A DNA stretch of 64,000 nt from Fimbriimonadaceae bacterium (GTDB taxonomy: Bacteria; Armatimonadota; Fimbriimonadia; Fimbriimonadales; Fimbriimonadaceae), in NCBI GenBank assembly GCA_024710805.1, contig JANJUB010000168.1, positions 929-64,928 on the forward strand, in the 5' to 3' direction. Under the pieces are notes generated by a model. The model was not told the origin of the DNA. It worked only from the letters and a program-made list of their open reading frames with translations, and did not search any database. Positions within the stretch are counted from its first letter, which is position 1, and each line of letters opens with the position of its first letter. This document shows positions 62,167 through 64,000 of this stretch, piece after piece. A program made the position numbers and the translations under genes.

Positions 62167-62907
62167 TCACCGATACTCGACGATGCGGTGCATCGCAGGA
62201 TAGAAATCGTGCGAGACCAGTTCGCGACGATCCGCCCATACTCGGAACGTCATCACATTCCAGCCGGCCTTGCCCTGGTTGCGAATCCGGGGCTGGTCGC
62301 CTCCGCGGTCTAGGATGAACTCCCGAGGAAGATCCGTTTGCTCGACGCGGCTCTGCACATCGGCCCCGGGCAGCGCCCGATCCGCTACCAACGACACGAC
62401 CAGGCGCTCGCCCTCGATCCGACCGCGAATCCGTAGCTTCGAGCCATGGACGTTGCGCACCCGCAGGTCGATCCCCGAGAAGGCCACTGCCGCATCGCGC
62501 CCGGGCGGGCAATACGACGGCGCGAAATGATGCGGATGCCGCTCGCCGATCTCGAGTCCGGCCAGCAGCGCCGCATTGTACAGGGTGGTCGAGGTCTGGC
62601 AGACGCCGCCGCCCCAAGCGTCGATGAGGGTGCCGTTGTAGCTCACCGGGGCGCGGCGGTACCCGGTATCGCGACTCCAGGTGCCCACGCGCTGGTTGAA
62701 CGAGAACTCGGCCCCCGGGGCGATCTCCGCACCATTGAGCTTTGAGAGAGCCAACCGAGCGTTATGGCGTTGGTTCGGCGTACGACCCACAAGGGTCGTC
62801 GCGTACTGGGCCACGACCACCTCGCCGGTCGGCTGCGCAGCGAGCACCGCACCGAGGCCGCCCGCTAGGCCGACGATGCCGAGCGTCACCCACCCCGAGG
62901 CTTTCAC
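62167..62907 (-). CDS. VanW-family protein
   Basis: GGGVCQTSTTLYNAALLAGLEI.ERHPH is the characteristic VanW motif. Confidence 0.85.
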   Translation of the reverse strand: MKASGWVTLGIVGLAGGLGAVLAAQPTGEVVVAQYATTLVGRTPNQRHNARLALSKLNGAEIAPGAEFSFNQRVGTWSRDTGYRRAPVSYNGTLIDAWGGGVCQTSTTLYNAALLAGLEIGERHPHHFAPSYCPPGRDAAVAFSGIDLRVRNVHGSKLRIRGRIEGERLVVSLVADRALPGADVQSRVEQTDLPREFILDRGGDQPRIRNQGKAGWNVMTFRVWADRRELVSHDFYPAMHRIVEYR

Positions 62908-64000
62908 CGAGAGCGGACCTCCAGCTTGGCCGCGCTCGAGGAGGCTACGGCTTCGGGATCGTACATGTTCGACACCGACGTCGGCAGGGCTTGGCTGCGG
63001 CCCGGATTCTCCACCCGAACGGTGTACGTGAACACGTTATCGCCCGCCTGGATGCGCCGCGCGAAGAGCGCGACGCGATCGTCGAAGATCTGCAGCTTGT
63101 CCCACCACCAGATCCAATCCCCGGGCGACTCGACGTCTTCGCGCTCCGTCACCCGCACACCGGCGGGGATCGGATCCTCGACCATCATGAACTCGCGAGG
63201 ACGGTCGCTCCTGACGGTCAATCGGACCTGAATGAGTTCGCCCGGGCTAGCTTCGCTAATCGGAGTCTCCACGGGCGCGAACTTGCGAGTACCGTCCTCG
63301 AACTGCCGCACTTGCAGTTTGTGATACGAGCGGGTGACGGAAAGGCCGCTCGCATCGTTCGGCTTGTCGAGCCCCTCGGTAACCACCTGGCGGAGCTCGA
63401 CCGTGTAATACACCTTGCCCACGCCCCGACCCACGAGCTCGACCGTGTTCGCGCCGGGCCGCAGGGCCAGGCCGTTCTCGCCGAGCCGCACGTCGATCGT
63501 CGTCTCGCCGGAGCCGGGGGTCGCCTGCGCAGTCCCGACCACGATGCCGTTCAGGCTAACGCCGATCTCTCCCGATTGGGTGAGTTCACCCGACTTGCCG
63601 AGCAATCTGGCCAGCGCAACCAGCGCGTGCGAAGTGTCTCGGGTGGCGTACCACATCGAACCCCGGCGCTTCTCCAGCAAGTAGCGGGTCGCCTTCGGCA
63701 CGAGCGGGTGATCGGGTTTGGCTTCAACGAGGGCGAGCAAGGCCCGGCCCGTGGTCTCCACGCCCCAGTACCCTTCGTCCCAACTCGCAATCGCACCTGA
63801 GACCGTCGCCTGTTGGGCGAGCTTCGTGATGGCCGCGCTCGTGTCGGCCCCCATCGCCTTCATCGCCCGCACGGCGGCAACCGAGACGATCGGAGATGCA
63901 TCGTTGGCGTGCTCCTTGAAGAACGCCTTGGCCGGCTCGGGGCGACCCCAGAGGGCAAGCGCTTGCGCGACGTAAGCGCGGTCGGCGATCTCGCGGCGGC
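62904..64000 (-). CDS. Bacterial alpha-2-macroglobulin-family protein, C-terminal part; the 5' end is beyond the window
   Basis: The frame is open to base 64000 (hand-checked: ...RREIADRAYVAQALALWGRPEPAKAFFKEHAND...). The helical thioester-domain-like segment and receptor-binding-like C-terminus (YYTVELR, FMMVEDPIPAG, VALFARR) are typical of A2M. Confidence 0.72.
   Translation of the reverse strand, partial: RREIADRAYVAQALALWGRPEPAKAFFKEHANDASPIVSVAAVRAMKAMGADTSAAITKLAQQATVSGAIASWDEGYWGVETTGRALLALVEAKPDHPLVPKATRYLLEKRRGSMWYATRDTSHALVALARLLGKSGELTQSGEIGVSLNGIVVGTAQATPGSGETTIDVRLGENGLALRPGANTVELVGRGVGKVYYTVELRQVVTEGLDKPNDASGLSVTRSYHKLQVRQFEDGTRKFAPVETPISEASPGELIQVRLTVRSDRPREFMMVEDPIPAGVRVTEREDVESPGDWIWWWDKLQIFDDRVALFARRIQAGDNVFTYTVRVENPGRSQALPTSVSNMYDPEAVASSSAAKLEVRSR

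Noticed and set aside
62742-63800. 352-aa plus-strand ORF
   Set aside because: It is antisense to the VanW and alpha-2-macroglobulin genes and has no motifs.

Overview
This is a 64-kb chromosomal segment from a high-GC bacterium, roughly 60-65% G+C by eye with strong GC3 bias in real frames. Several outer-membrane-type proteins suggest a diderm envelope, but the phylum cannot be fixed from the sequence alone. I can support about 52 protein-coding genes, tightly packed on both strands.

Gene content:
- Housekeeping: pckA (5' truncated by the window edge), pheS, dxs, a membrane pyrophosphatase, infA-def-fmt-gpmA, coaE, rpsU, ybeY-dgkA-corC, comM, dprA-like, htrA and corA.
- Envelope, secreted and glycan genes: a BNR/Asp-box protein, a GH29 fucosidase with PA14 domain, a YfhO-like protein, a DegT aminotransferase, an FGE plus sulfatase pair, an S8 protease, an M14 peptidase, an L,D-transpeptidase, VanW, and an alpha-2-macroglobulin truncated at the 3' window edge.
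- Signalling and proteostasis genes: PAS-GGDEF, an orthocaspase with a helical-repeat tail, a VWA protein, a J-domain/WD40 protein, a rhomboid-like protein, and a lone Pup-ligase-family gene.

I saw no rRNA, tRNA, CRISPR array, transposase, integrase or phage gene.

Observations most worth follow-up:
1. A ~285-residue soluble insertion in a periplasmic loop of the membrane pyrophosphatase.
2. A minus-strand cluster of four large envelope or surface proteins at 37028-45910. It includes a CsgG-like membrane protein carrying a (Gly-X-Thr)n collagen-like tract.
3. An orphan PafA/Dop-family ligase with no Pup/UBact, proteasome or Mpa gene nearby.
4. An in-frame TGA followed 14 nt later by a perfect 8-bp hairpin inside a small membrane-protein reading frame.
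5. Three families of GC-rich hairpin (REP-like) intergenic repeats.
6. Convergent gene pairs that repeatedly share or abut stop codons (CTAG or TTAA).

All functional calls rest on motifs recognised by eye in the supplied translations. No database search or computation was run. In the ORF track an initial M can stand for GTG or TTG. Many long ORFs antisense to real genes are high-GC artefacts and were rejected.
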